The notes under the pieces were generated by a model that saw nothing but the letters and a program-made list of their open reading frames with translations, searched no databases and was not told the origin of the DNA. Of a DNA stretch of 64,000 nt, positions 9,690 through 19,606 are shown in pieces (the first letter of the stretch is position 1; each line of letters opens with the position of its first letter). The position numbers and the translations under genes were made by a program. This DNA comes from Shigella phage SH7. The DNA lies in the sequence record KX828711; one strand, given 5' to 3'.

Positions 9690-10175
9690 TCAAGTATTGT
9701 AAAACATTTGATTCAATCGCTTATATTGCCGAATCTTTTGGTCAGAAAAAGAAATTTGAGTTTCAAGCCATTCAATGTATTCTGCGGCAGCTTGCATCAA
9801 GTTACCTTCATAGCCATCGTTATTTTCTTGCGCAGCTAATTTAGCTAATGCGTATGGAATACGTTCACCTTGAAAATCGGCTTTAGGCTTCTGAACAACT
9901 TGATTAGTTCTCTCTACAACTTCCTCGATTTCACCATTTTCTACTGATTCAGTATTCCACAAGCACCAATACGTAATTGGCTTATCGTAGATGTTAATAA
10001 TCTTTCCATCAGAAAGTTCAATTTCAATAATTCCAGTATCAGGCTCTATATCATCTTCACATTCTTTTACAAGTTCACGAACTTTAAAGACAGTACCTGC
10101 ACTAAGTTCCGGCCAGTAATTACATAGCCCTGTATCAGCACGATTAATTCTAAACCACTTATCTACTGTAATCAT
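9690..10175 (-). CDS. pin: possible Lon protease inhibitor PinA-like protein
   Basis: 161 aa from the internal Met; assigned only by position after gene 49 and size match to T4 PinA. Confidence 0.4.
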   Translation of the reverse strand: MITVDKWFRINRADTGLCNYWPELSAGTVFKVRELVKECEDDIEPDTGIIEIELSDGKIINIYDKPITYWCLWNTESVENGEIEEVVERTNQVVQKPKADFQGERIPYALAKLAAQENNDGYEGNLMQAAAEYIEWLETQISFSDQKIRQYKRLNQMFYNT

Positions 10176-10298
10176 GTCCCATCTCCATATCAATTAAGTC
10201 ATTTATCGTTGGTTCATTATATACTGTTTCTTCATCAGTGTAAACCGGTTCTTCCGGCTCTGGCTCTACAGTTTCCCATCTAGCCGCCCACCAAGGTT

Positions 10299-10619
10299 TT
10301 ATAGCGTAATCCATTCTCGTACTGTCTGAGTTACTACACGTTCTCGAAGCTCAACCAGTTCAACAGTAGGAACTGCATAATACCAGTCAGAATGGTAAGA
10401 ACCTGAGCGAGATTCATTTACAGCCACATGAACGTTATGTTTTGGACTAAAATAAACACACTGACGATATTGACATTTACCATCTTGCACCCAGTCTTCT
10501 ATTTCGATAGGTTTAAGATAGTCGGAAAAATCGAAATCATAGTTTTCCGAAAATGCATCATGGTCTTCAATGATTTCGCTCAGAACTGCATCAACATCTA
10601 ATTTATTTTCAGTATTCAT
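10299..10619 (-). CDS. hypothetical acidic protein
   Basis: 106-aa ORF, no recognised motif. Confidence 0.5.
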   Translation of the reverse strand: MNTENKLDVDAVLSEIIEDHDAFSENYDFDFSDYLKPIEIEDWVQDGKCQYRQCVYFSPKHNVHVAVNESRSGSYHSDWYYAVPTVELVELRERVVTQTVREWITL

Positions 10620-10630
10620 TTTTTCACCAA

Positions 10631-11020
10631 TTAATTTCGCAATTTATTAAGTTCTTCATAATCAATCCAGGATTCTAATCCTGATGGCAAATCAGATTCA
10701 ATTTCCCAAAGAAGTTCTTCAATTTTATGAAGACGATCTAATTCTTCGGCTGGAATAGTAACCATTGACGGAGTTCTTGATACACTAATATCGTAAATCA
10801 TATTTACCCCCAGTTTGACCATACAATCGCCGTATTTCCACTTAGAAATAGACTTTTCACCATTAGAATAATAAACTTCGAGTTTAGCACGATTATTTTT
10901 AATTTGAATAACCTTGGCTGTCATCAAAGTTCCATACCCATAATAAACTGCAACTTCATCACCTACATATACCGCGCTTCCGCGGTAATCATGAATATAG
11001 TCAGTTCCTTCGAGCATCAT
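10631..11020 (-). CDS. hypothetical protein
   Basis: 129-aa ORF overlapping the nrdC stop by 4 nt. Confidence 0.55.
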   Translation of the reverse strand: MMLEGTDYIHDYRGSAVYVGDEVAVYYGYGTLMTAKVIQIKNNRAKLEVYYSNGEKSISKWKYGDCMVKLGVNMIYDISVSRTPSMVTIPAEELDRLHKIEELLWEIESDLPSGLESWIDYEELNKLRN

Positions 11021-11280
11021 TTAAAATATTCTCGCAGTTGGTCAAATCCACCAATATGACTTCCATCAGGAGCAAATACCTGGGGCATTGTCAAGCCGAT
11101 TTGAGTATCACGACCTAGTTTAGTCAGAAGCTCAGCGATTTTCTCATCATCAAAAACACCTTTTTCCGGCATAATGTTGATAAATTCAAACGGCTGTTTC
11201 TTCACGGTCAAAAGACGTTTTGCATTATCGCAATACACGCATTTATGGATGTTGCTATCATAACCATATACTTTAAACAT
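11017..11280 (-). CDS. nrdC: phage thioredoxin/glutaredoxin
   Basis: 87 aa with CVYC active site; matches T4 NrdC in size and sequence as recalled. Confidence 0.85.
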   Translation of the reverse strand: MFKVYGYDSNIHKCVYCDNAKRLLTVKKQPFEFINIMPEKGVFDDEKIAELLTKLGRDTQIGLTMPQVFAPDGSHIGGFDQLREYFK

Positions 11281-11281
11281 A

Positions 11282-11524
11282 TTATTCCTTAATTCCTAGT
11301 ACTTGTTTAAAAGTCTCGTCGTAATCAAGACTTTGGCCCGTTTGTTCTTTATGTTTGTATATAATATCACTTACTTCTGATAGCATATTTTTATATGAAC
11401 GAGTTAAAGCAGATTTAAGCACGCTGTATCTATCAGGAAATTTACCATGTTCATTATAATAAGCTATTGCTAATTCACGGACTGCCTTTTCAGCAGTCTC
11501 CATATATTCTTTACGCTTGGTCAT
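11282..11524 (-). CDS. hypothetical protein
   Basis: Start placed at the internal Met (MTKRKEY); the longer ORF extension overlaps the upstream gene in another frame. Confidence 0.5.
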
Positions 11525-11825
11525 TTTCTTCTCGGTCAAATCGGTGTTTACAATGACGACATTTATAACGAAGATTACTAGTCTGCCAATGGACCAATTG
11601 CACCTGTTCAGTTCCACATTCAGGGCAATTAGGAACGTTTTTAGAAGCACGTTCGCGGCGTTCAACCATGACCATTACAGAATCCCAATTAACAGGAGGG
11701 CTATAATCATCACAACCGTGAATCTTTCCACGCATTTCCAGATCGTCTTCTTCACCAGCCATAATAATTTTAATTAGACTAGAATTACTTGAAGCTGCAA
11801 TGTCTTCTAATAGACGCTTTTTCAT
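11511..11825 (-). CDS. zinc-ribbon protein
   Basis: 104 aa; CPECG..(17)..CRHCKH four-Cys ribbon. Confidence 0.55.
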
Positions 11826-12751
11826 TTCAATACCTCAATAGCATTACGTAAACCATTTGCTTTTGCATTAAGAGCTTTTAACAATTTGGTGTGTTCTGCA
11901 ATCTGGGCTTCAACTTCAACCAGTCGAGATTTGAGATATTCGCGTTCTTCGCTCAAGTTATCAACCTTTTCTACTTTAGGTTCTTTTACAACTGGCTTAT
12001 ACGTATTAGGGTCCTTCAGTTTAATTAGAATGCGTGAACTGTATAACATTGAACCATTATCTTCGGTTTCATCATACATTTCTACTACGTCCATAATTTT
12101 TAACATCATGCGAAGTTTATAAGACAACGAACGAATAGTTTTGTTGTGCTTATTAATTTCTCTAGCTGTCATGGTGCCGAGATTACGTGAGTAATAATAA
12201 GGAACCTGGATATTAATTAATACTGATGAACCACCCGGCTTGTGTGTTACTTCATCAGCAATAACCCAGTCCTTAACATGAACTGTATTTGTACGGTCAT
12301 CGCCTGCGGTAAATAGTTTACGAGCATGCTTAAAAAGCATATTCACTTGGTCATTGAATTGACAAGCGAATTTATCAGCAAATTTAGTTTCAGGAATGGT
12401 AGATAACCAATCAGCCAAATGGGTCTTTTTAACATCGTTAACAATAGTAAATTCAACCAAATCGGTTATAGATGTCGCAGATTTAATGAAGCTCGGCTTC
12501 ATAAAGTTTTCAATGTTATCACGAGCTACAGTAGAAGATAACATACGAGAACGTTTAAACCATTCAAGCAAATTGCCTAACGAATGAGAATAAGCGTTCT
12601 GTGTATCTTTACAGATATGATTTTCCTGGCCAACATATTGAAGGAAATCACGAAGAATATTATTGATTACTGCTCTGTGTCCGATCTGATAATTACGGTG
12701 TTTAGTAATAAGACTGTCAAAATAATCAATATAATGTTTACGAGTTTTCAT
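11822..12751 (-). CDS. coiled-coil-tailed protein, paralog family member 1
   Basis: 309 aa; C-terminal heptad-rich tail; shares NMLFKHARKLFTAGD-type block with the next three genes. Confidence 0.65.
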   Translation of the reverse strand: MKTRKHYIDYFDSLITKHRNYQIGHRAVINNILRDFLQYVGQENHICKDTQNAYSHSLGNLLEWFKRSRMLSSTVARDNIENFMKPSFIKSATSITDLVEFTIVNDVKKTHLADWLSTIPETKFADKFACQFNDQVNMLFKHARKLFTAGDDRTNTVHVKDWVIADEVTHKPGGSSVLINIQVPYYYSRNLGTMTAREINKHNKTIRSLSYKLRMMLKIMDVVEMYDETEDNGSMLYSSRILIKLKDPNTYKPVVKEPKVEKVDNLSEEREYLKSRLVEVEAQIAEHTKLLKALNAKANGLRNAIEVLK

Positions 12752-12784
12752 GTTCTTCTCACTTGGTTAATGATTTATACTCCG

Positions 12785-12798
12785 AGCCATCCTTGGCT
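12785..12798 (-). repeat. palindromic CCATCCTTGG-core hairpin element
   Basis: AGCCA-TCCT-TGGCT; the same 10-nt core recurs at 16236, 33592 and in variant form at 13841. Confidence 0.5.
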
Positions 12799-12803
12799 TT
12801 AAA

Positions 12804-13805
12804 TTACTTAATTAACTGTAAAGCTTGTTCCAAACGATCAAGGCGATTAACAGATTCTTCCCAAATCCTTTTAGCCTGCTCATATTCTTTCTGCGCTTTA
12901 TTAGAAATTTCTAGAACTTCTTTATAAGCTTTTTCTAGTGCAATAACTTCTGGACGAATTTCTACCGGTTCAGGTGAATCGTCAAGATTATCCATTAGTT
13001 CTTCAAGGGTAGTTTCTTCTTTAGGAGTATTCACAATTTCATCACATTTTTGCTGGTAAATTTCTTTATCAGTCGGTGAGTACGCACACTTTACTTCACG
13101 AAGACTAATTATAATTTTATATCCTTCCCAACCGCATATATTCTTAAAAGGATATGTATGAATATTTTCTACTGTTTCCATACAAAGTAATGCGGTCTCT
13201 AATTGACGAGTTATAGTGCTAGCAATTGAGAAAAATTTATTAATGTTCTTTTGGTTAGTTTCTGGTGTAAAAAATCCATAATTCACAAAAATAGCTACTT
13301 TATTTTTATCAAGTTCATATTCTTTTATGATAATCATATCAGAAGCCAAAGGATGAATTTGACGATAATCGCCATAACATAATTTAGAAGCTGATTTTAG
13401 AATTTGTTTCTTAAAAAGTCTGAAATTACTAATCCAACGACGAGTAAAAATATTCTCAGGGTCTTCTTTATTATTAAGATGATAAGAATTAACATCACCG
13501 AACCAATTATATCCTACTACATCTTTGGTTCGTTTAATTTCTTTCCCAAAATTACCAAGAATATCCCGATTAACCAAATATGAAAGAAGACGAGACTCTT
13601 TAAAGGTTTTCTTGATAACATCTTTATCTACACGGCTAGAAATTTTACGAATTTCATGAATAAATTTAGTAGAAGAAACAATACTTGCATCAACACTATT
13701 GAGCCATTGATTGATAATAGAAAGAACGATATTTTGACCAAACATCGGTATAGCTTTATCATCAATAACGCTATTGAATGATTTGATATATTCGTTACGA
13801 GTCAT
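12804..13805 (-). CDS. coiled-coil-tailed protein, paralog family member 2
   Basis: 333 aa from the Met preceded by a GAGGAG RBS; the upstream ORF extension is translated promoter sequence; motif FRLFKKQILKSASKL. Confidence 0.65.
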   Translation of the reverse strand: MTRNEYIKSFNSVIDDKAIPMFGQNIVLSIINQWLNSVDASIVSSTKFIHEIRKISSRVDKDVIKKTFKESRLLSYLVNRDILGNFGKEIKRTKDVVGYNWFGDVNSYHLNNKEDPENIFTRRWISNFRLFKKQILKSASKLCYGDYRQIHPLASDMIIIKEYELDKNKVAIFVNYGFFTPETNQKNINKFFSIASTITRQLETALLCMETVENIHTYPFKNICGWEGYKIIISLREVKCAYSPTDKEIYQQKCDEIVNTPKEETTLEELMDNLDDSPEPVEIRPEVIALEKAYKEVLEISNKAQKEYEQAKRIWEESVNRLDRLEQALQLIK

Positions 13806-13833
13806 ATTAATCTCCTCAGTAGAAAGTAAGAAC

Positions 13834-13863
13834 ATTATACCACATCCTTGTGGCAAAGTAAAC
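13834..13863 (-). promoter_or_regulatory. early-type promoter (GTTTAC..TATAAT) with a hairpin in the spacer
   Basis: Reverse complement GTTTACtttgCCACAaggaTGTGGTATAAT, then GAGGAG and the ATG. Confidence 0.6.
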
Positions 13864-14885
13864 TAGTTCAGTGCATTTAGTGCATTGTTCAGTTTAGAAC
13901 GTTGCTTTGTCAGATTTTGAACCCTTGACTGAGCTTGTTCTAACACCTTTTCAGCTTCTAGCACTTCATTAGTTGCTTTAACGAGTTCATCATCTACTGC
14001 CTTGATAGACTTCTCAATCGCATCCGCGTGCCATTTTTCAACAGGTTTAAGACTCGGATTTTCAACAGGAAGAAAATTCGCTTTATTGAATTTCCATGCA
14101 TCCTTATTACCTGAACTATACATCCAAAATTTAGGATCGTTTGATGAGTAATTGGATAAATTTAAAATATCTTGCACTTCCTGCTTTTTCTCTTGCGGGA
14201 TTTCGTCCTTTCTCAAAAAATCGTATTTAAATGAAACGATCATATCAAGTTCATATGTTGTTGTGTCTAATTTAAATCGTTCGAAATGCTGTGAAATCTT
14301 AGACTGAACTGCAGCAACAACATCCATATACTTAAATGCTTCTGTCAACTGCGATTTAAGGCATTCACAAATTGAAAGAGAATTTTTTGTATTAGGTTTA
14401 AAGCTAATTCGTGCAGTTCTATTATTTTCTTTTAATGGTCTTACTTCCATCTGAAGAGTATAACCATCAAATTTCAGATTCTTTAAGTTAATATCAGAAC
14501 CTTTTAATCGACTAGCCGTCGACAAAATTTGCTTTAATTGTTTACGGAATAGAGCAATAAATCTCCATTCAATACGATAATGATTTGGATTGAAAAATCC
14601 AGATGATAAATCGACCTTACTCTGACCAACGCCTTGAACAAATAGAGGATTTTTATAATCAATAGTTTTACAGAAATCGGTGAGCTGTTCACGAGCAGTC
14701 ATTTGCGTAATATACCCCGCTTTACTAAAATGACGTAACCATTCACTGCTATTCAGATGTTTAAAGGCGTGAATGGAACAATTAACTTTACCAAGGTCTA
14801 AATTATTTTCGCACAAAAATGTCATAGCATCACGAGTATAGCTGGCATTACGAACCATATCTTCAATTTGAGAACGAGTTTTCAT
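13863..14885 (-). CDS. coiled-coil-tailed protein, paralog family member 3
   Basis: 340 aa; motif WRFIALFRKQLKQILSTASRL shared with member 2; C-terminal coiled coil. Confidence 0.65.
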   Translation of the reverse strand: MKTRSQIEDMVRNASYTRDAMTFLCENNLDLGKVNCSIHAFKHLNSSEWLRHFSKAGYITQMTAREQLTDFCKTIDYKNPLFVQGVGQSKVDLSSGFFNPNHYRIEWRFIALFRKQLKQILSTASRLKGSDINLKNLKFDGYTLQMEVRPLKENNRTARISFKPNTKNSLSICECLKSQLTEAFKYMDVVAAVQSKISQHFERFKLDTTTYELDMIVSFKYDFLRKDEIPQEKKQEVQDILNLSNYSSNDPKFWMYSSGNKDAWKFNKANFLPVENPSLKPVEKWHADAIEKSIKAVDDELVKATNEVLEAEKVLEQAQSRVQNLTKQRSKLNNALNALN

Positions 14886-14893
14886 AGTGTTCC

Positions 14894-15799
14894 TTAAGAT
14901 TTAAGTAAATCAACAATTTTAATTAATTTTTCACGCTCAGATTTAGCTTTACTACTCAGTCCAGATAGTCTGAAAATTTCATCATCATATTGTTGAATAG
15001 AAATATTCAGCTCTTCAATTTGCTTATTAAAATAATCAATTTGCTCAGAATGTTTTTCGTTACTACGAACTGGTACAGGTTTTGTAGGCAATTTAGTTGA
15101 ACTGGATTCATCCGGGCGATAAATTAAAATACAACTTGAACCAATAGGGCATTTTGCACCAGATGAATATTCTAATGTTCCGGCTTCTTTTAAAACTTCA
15201 AAAGCTAAACAGAGATGATGCCCCATATTAACATAATCTGTAGAGCGAGCTCTGATATAATAATCATCTCCACGAGTACTAAATTTAAAGCATTTAAGGT
15301 CTTCTGTATTATTGGTCTTAAAAATCATTTGTTTATCTAGACCTTTAGCTAATCGAGCGCCTAATGCTAATAATCGTCGTTGATTTTCCCACAAATCTGC
15401 GATCATTTGGTCAAATGATAATTTCGGCATTAGTCGGCCATAAAGGTCATATCCTTTATTATAATTACGAAGAATTTCACTCGCGTTAATACGAGACAAT
15501 GCTCCAATTTTATTAAGGGCTTTCATAATGCGATTAGATAAACTCATTCCAGACCCGTTTGTTCGCTGTAAATGTTTTTCTAATCCAAATCCAATATCAA
15601 CTTTAAATTTATCTAAAATTTCTGCATGAACATCTCTGTCAATAACATTCAAATCCAAAGTTGAGTTAAATCTATGAAAAAATTTATCTGGCTCTCCACG
15701 ACGAAATACAGTCCATTCATTCATCATTTTTTTATTAACTAAAGATTTAATTACTGCATTGACATTATTAATTACTACTGACATATTTTCCTCACTCAA
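14894..15799 (-). CDS. coiled-coil-tailed protein, paralog family member 4
   Basis: 301 aa; C-terminal coiled coil; weaker similarity to members 1-3. Confidence 0.6.
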   Translation of the reverse strand: MSEENMSVVINNVNAVIKSLVNKKMMNEWTVFRRGEPDKFFHRFNSTLDLNVIDRDVHAEILDKFKVDIGFGLEKHLQRTNGSGMSLSNRIMKALNKIGALSRINASEILRNYNKGYDLYGRLMPKLSFDQMIADLWENQRRLLALGARLAKGLDKQMIFKTNNTEDLKCFKFSTRGDDYYIRARSTDYVNMGHHLCLAFEVLKEAGTLEYSSGAKCPIGSSCILIYRPDESSSTKLPTKPVPVRSNEKHSEQIDYFNKQIEELNISIQQYDDEIFRLSGLSSKAKSEREKLIKIVDLLKS

Positions 15800-16200
15800 T
15801 TTTCAATTTTACTAAATACGCAGAATATGATGGAAAAGACTATATAAGCACCGCACACAGATTGAACTAATACCATTCCAAAGAACCAAACAATATTATC
15901 AAACAATGTCTGTTTTACGTCGAAAGGACGTAAACTTACAGTAATATTATCACCTTTTTCTATTGAAGAATACATCTCTGGGGAAATATATTCACTAAAT
16001 CTATAACCGTCTTTTAGTTCATATACGGCAATAAACGATAAACTAGACCCTTTTCCTTGTGTTCCCGTAATGGTATTAACTACAGTAACATCATAATCTT
16101 TATAATGCATATAATCATTAATTGCGTAATAACCATATGCAACTACTGCACATAAACAACATATCAATAAATTCAATCTTTTAATTACCAACTGTTTCAT
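15796..16200 (-). CDS. membrane protein (N- and C-terminal hydrophobic segments)
   Basis: 134 aa; hydrophobic N-terminus LLICCLCAVVAYGYYAI and C-terminal TM. Confidence 0.6.
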   Translation of the reverse strand: MKQLVIKRLNLLICCLCAVVAYGYYAINDYMHYKDYDVTVVNTITGTQGKGSSLSFIAVYELKDGYRFSEYISPEMYSSIEKGDNITVSLRPFDVKQTLFDNIVWFFGMVLVQSVCGAYIVFSIIFCVFSKIEN

Positions 16201-16255
16201 AATAATCTCAATTAAAAGGGCTTAGAACCATTATACCATCCTTGGTATAAAGCGG

Positions 16256-16783
16256 TTATGCGAGTACCGTCTTTAACCGTTCTTCAAACTTCCGAAGAGT
16301 ATTCTGGCGTTCAGCTCTTTGCTTTTTGTAAGTTTCAATACGCTCTGAAATGAGAGTGTATCGTTCATTTACTGATTCTTTCATAAAATCAGGAATTTCA
16401 CGAGAAGCTTTAATCTCATCAAATTTATCAATAACAGCTTGCTCTTCAGCAATTAAGTTATCATACATCAAAATATCTTTCTTGATGAACTCAATATCTT
16501 CTTGAGTTACACGAGATAATTTAGATGCTTTATCCTTTTTGTACTGTTCGTTAGTATCACGAGACCAGTGTAATGTACGATTTTTATTCGTATTCTTATA
16601 AATTTCTACAATACCAATCTCATCAATAATAACGATCCAATTCCAACGGGATTTGTAAATTTGTCCTCCATCAACAGTGATTTCACCTCCGATTGAGATG
16701 TCATTAAAGAACTTGCTTTGTGCTTCAGATTTAAATTTACCATCGTTGTAATTTACCAGGTTGAAAATATCTTTAGCGTTCAT
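16256..16783 (-). CDS. hypothetical coiled-coil protein
   Basis: 175 aa from MNAKDIF; GGAGG RBS; the ORF N-terminal extension (GTIQLSTT) is translated promoter sequence. Confidence 0.6.
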   Translation of the reverse strand: MNAKDIFNLVNYNDGKFKSEAQSKFFNDISIGGEITVDGGQIYKSRWNWIVIIDEIGIVEIYKNTNKNRTLHWSRDTNEQYKKDKASKLSRVTQEDIEFIKKDILMYDNLIAEEQAVIDKFDEIKASREIPDFMKESVNERYTLISERIETYKKQRAERQNTLRKFEERLKTVLA

Positions 16784-16811
16784 TTTGTGTTCCTCCGTAG
16801 TTGATAGTTGT

Positions 16812-16841
16812 ATAGTACCACAGAGGAACGGTCTTGTAAAC
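16812..16841 (-). promoter_or_regulatory. early-type promoter (GTTTACA..17 nt..TACTAT)
   Basis: Reverse complement GTTTACAagaccgttcctctgtggTACTAT upstream of the 16256-16783 gene. Confidence 0.6.
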
Positions 16842-16843
16842 AA

Positions 16844-17158
16844 CTAAAAGAAACTTCTTTCACAATTTTTTCCACTGAACCACGCACTCACTGCTTTCTT
16901 AGTCTCAGGAGCAGTGTTATCCATAAACCATTCAAAGGCAGCCTTTTTATGATTCTGGAGGGCTTCTCGGGCTTTAATCTGCTCACGGTCTATTAACACT
17001 AACATATGAGCCTTTCTTGTCACCAGGGGCTTCTTATGATTTTTTGAATACTCCCAATCATTTGTCCATCGCATCGTTGTTGCGAATTGAAGTACAGCTT
17101 CCTTAATCTTAGTTTCGTAAATTTCACGAGCCTTTGAGTATAACATCACTACCTCCAT
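16844..17158 (-). CDS. hypothetical protein
   Basis: 104-aa ORF between the ATPase gene and the downstream promoter. Confidence 0.5.
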   Translation of the reverse strand: MEVVMLYSKAREIYETKIKEAVLQFATTMRWTNDWEYSKNHKKPLVTRKAHMLVLIDREQIKAREALQNHKKAAFEWFMDNTAPETKKAVSAWFSGKNCERSFF

Positions 17159-17247
17159 TTACCAGTTTAATTCTAATCATCTTTTTGATGGCAGTCCATA
17201 TAATCTATTTCTGAACTGCCTTTTTGTCATAGAAGGCCTCTTATGAA

Positions 17248-18216
17248 TTATTTCAGAAGAGTAACCTCAGCAATTTCTTCCCAACCGTTTTTGTCGGTCA
17301 TAATAAAGTCAGCAAGATAAAGTGCAGTACGCAGTGAAACATTGCGTAAACGATTAACATTAACTTTCATCCATGATAATGCTTTATAAGTTTCTTCATC
17401 AGAAAGACCACGTTTTTGCATCATGTCAGTTGAAAGAATAACATCTTCAACCCTGACCATAATTTCTTCATTAGTGTGAACACCCAAATCTAAATAAACT
17501 GAGCGGGACACTAATGCTTGTAAATGTGGAGCAAGTTTAGTACCACGGTCTAATTCGCGGTCAATGTCAACGTTTGTGATAAAAACAATCGTTCCTTTAA
17601 ATTCAAACTCACGCTCAATGCCTTTTTCTTCTAAGTAAGAAGATGCGGTGCTCCAGCAGACTTTACGGGTCTCTCCAGTGTCCAGAGCAGCTTTCAGAAG
17701 ATTAAGAATGTCCATATCAGAGAAAACATCCACATCATCAATCAAAAGGACAGAATTCTCTTCACGATTATTCCAAAGCTGTTCATAAAGACCGATACCA
17801 GAGATTTTACCATTAATGCTTTTATACTCAATGTATCCAATATCATTTGCTTTATTTAAAGCTTTATCTAAAGAATACGTTTTACCAATACCTGCTGCTC
17901 CCGAGATAATTAATGAACGAATGTTTCCGTTAATAATACCATTCGTCATCATTCCCATAACATTAAATCTTTTATTAATGCGGGTTTTCATATCTTCATA
18001 CGATTCTTTAACTTCTTCAACTTTTACACCATCATATGAAATGTCTGATTTGTAAACCCAAACACCGCGACGTTTACCGTCAATTTCAACAAAAACTTTA
18101 CCATCTCCTTGTGCATCTACCGGAGCATTATCTGGGAACCATTCGCCTAAGAGCTCAAAAGTTCCAGAGATTTCTTTACCGAAGTAGATACCCTTATTGA
18201 TAGTTACAGTTTTCAT
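17248..18216 (-). CDS. P-loop (AAA+-like) ATPase
   Basis: 322 aa; Walker A GAAGIGKT, Walker B VLLIDDVD, sensor-like IVFITN. Confidence 0.7.
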   Translation of the reverse strand: MKTVTINKGIYFGKEISGTFELLGEWFPDNAPVDAQGDGKVFVEIDGKRRGVWVYKSDISYDGVKVEEVKESYEDMKTRINKRFNVMGMMTNGIINGNIRSLIISGAAGIGKTYSLDKALNKANDIGYIEYKSINGKISGIGLYEQLWNNREENSVLLIDDVDVFSDMDILNLLKAALDTGETRKVCWSTASSYLEEKGIEREFEFKGTIVFITNVDIDRELDRGTKLAPHLQALVSRSVYLDLGVHTNEEIMVRVEDVILSTDMMQKRGLSDEETYKALSWMKVNVNRLRNVSLRTALYLADFIMTDKNGWEEIAEVTLLK

Positions 18217-18243
18217 TTTATTCTCCTTTGATTTGATAGGACT

Positions 18244-18273
18244 ACTATAACATAGTCCTATCAGTTTGTATAC
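18244..18273 (-). promoter_or_regulatory. early-type promoter with -10 inside a 9-bp inverted repeat
   Basis: Reverse complement GTATAC..18 nt..TATAGT; arms GATAGGACT/AGTCCTATC (18236-18262) bracket the -10. Confidence 0.45.
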
Positions 18274-18474
18274 TTATTTTGACATTTCTTCGATGTCACG
18301 ACGATACCCGTCACGAACTTCACGAAGAGCTTCAAGGCCACACATAGGCTCGATACCTGTAATGTGAACTTGATTAATCTGATACTCTACATCTTCTAAC
18401 TGAGCGAAAACATAACGACGTTCAGCTGCACAACCAGATTTAGCTTTACCGAAACGTTTATTCAAAGTAGTCAT
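18274..18474 (-). CDS. hypothetical small protein
   Basis: 66-aa ORF preceded by an early-type promoter. Confidence 0.45.
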   Translation of the reverse strand: MTTLNKRFGKAKSGCAAERRYVFAQLEDVEYQINQVHITGIEPMCGLEALREVRDGYRRDIEEMSK

Positions 18475-18512
18475 TTTGTATCTCCAATTTACTCATTTGT
18501 TTTGATAGGTCT

Positions 18513-18542
18513 ATAGTATCAACAACTACAGACCATGTAAAC
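18513..18542 (-). promoter_or_regulatory. early-type promoter (GTTTAC..TACTAT)
   Basis: Reverse complement GTTTAC..18 nt..TACTAT, immediately downstream of the 18573-18590 terminator. Confidence 0.55.
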
Positions 18543-18572
18543 CGTTTTGTGAAAAATTTTTGAAATAAAAAA

Positions 18573-18590
18573 GGGAGCCCGAAGGCTCCC
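18573..18590 (-). terminator. rho-independent terminator with UUCG tetraloop
   Basis: GGGAGCC-CGAA-GGCTCCC flanked by an A-run; on the minus strand a hairpin followed by UUUUUUAUUU. Confidence 0.75.
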
Positions 18591-18592
18591 TA

Positions 18593-19606
18593 TCATTTAT
18601 AATAACTTCGATGGTTTTCAAGATAGACCTTCTCAAGGAAGTCATCCCAAAAACCCATGTCCACTTTTTGCTGCATACCGTTCTTAGAAGCTTCAGTAGA
18701 TGCTGCTTCTACTTGATCGACCACATCTTCCAAAAACTCTTGAACGGTTTTAAATGGATGTTTACCCAACTTCACGTCGAGAATAAATGGAGCATCTTGG
18801 AGTGGATAAACCAAGTCACCAGTTTTGTAAATTTCCAATAGTTGAAGTCCACCACGACAGGCATGGCTCAGAGCTTTCCAGTCAATGCCTTCGTTGGCTT
18901 CGGCCTTACGAGCACGTTCACCATATTCAGCATCTAATTTGTTCAGTGACTGCTTAAGCTCAATAAGAGAAAGCGTTGTCTGATATTTACGACCCAACAC
19001 AGTGTAAAACGTTTGTGGGCCTGTTTTCTCATGATTATGGAACACCCATTCACAGAATTCGTTTTCTGGAAGACGATGCTTAATATCTTCAACTTTGGTG
19101 TGACGCTGCTTAATAGAACCATCTTCTTGGTAATCAATCCACTGCTCAGGGATTTGATTAACTATTTTCAATACATCGCGTAATGCAGCCAAACGAGAAC
19201 CCTTGACACCGTATTTAGAAGCTTGCTTGCGAACATATCCTAAATAGGATTTCATGTTAGTCGTATAAAAACGAGAACGGTTGTCTTGAATAAACTTCCA
19301 CACATCAGGCAAATCAGATTTAACCACTAGTTCAGGTGGAGTGTGAAGCATATCCAATGCTACAGTTTCACCATCTGCTGCTAATTTAAAGAAATATTTA
19401 AGACTGTATAGTTCATGGTCAATATCATCTTTAGTGTTTTTAGATGATGTGTTGTTAGTGTTTTTACTCATGTGCTCTTTAACATTTCCAATAAGAATAT
19501 CACGAGCAGGAGGAACAAAAATTTCTTTAAAATCTACATCAGATTCTGGGGTAGAAGTTCCATAAAGATGACTACCAAAATAGCTTTTCATTACTGTTTT
19601 CATCAT
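18593..19606 (-). CDS. Pol-beta-superfamily nucleotidyltransferase-like protein
   Basis: 337 aa; N-terminal hG[GS]..(10)..DhD signature FGSHLYGTSTPESDVDF; substrate unknown. Confidence 0.6.
   Translation of the reverse strand: MMKTVMKSYFGSHLYGTSTPESDVDFKEIFVPPARDILIGNVKEHMSKNTNNTSSKNTKDDIDHELYSLKYFFKLAADGETVALDMLHTPPELVVKSDLPDVWKFIQDNRSRFYTTNMKSYLGYVRKQASKYGVKGSRLAALRDVLKIVNQIPEQWIDYQEDGSIKQRHTKVEDIKHRLPENEFCEWVFHNHEKTGPQTFYTVLGRKYQTTLSLIELKQSLNKLDAEYGERARKAEANEGIDWKALSHACRGGLQLLEIYKTGDLVYPLQDAPFILDVKLGKHPFKTVQEFLEDVVDQVEAASTEASKNGMQQKVDMGFWDDFLEKVYLENHRSYYK

Noticed and set aside
11517-12802. Plus-strand ORFs 11517-11777, 11886-12122, 12396-12587, 12584-12802
   Set aside because: Antisense to minus-strand genes; hydrophobic low-complexity translations typical of AT-rich antisense frames.
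16784-16843. N-terminal extension MFTRPFLCGTIQLSTTEEHK of the 16256 ORF (same pattern at 22057-22101 and 33879-33998)
   Set aside because: The extension is the translated early promoter core; a proper RBS precedes the internal Met.
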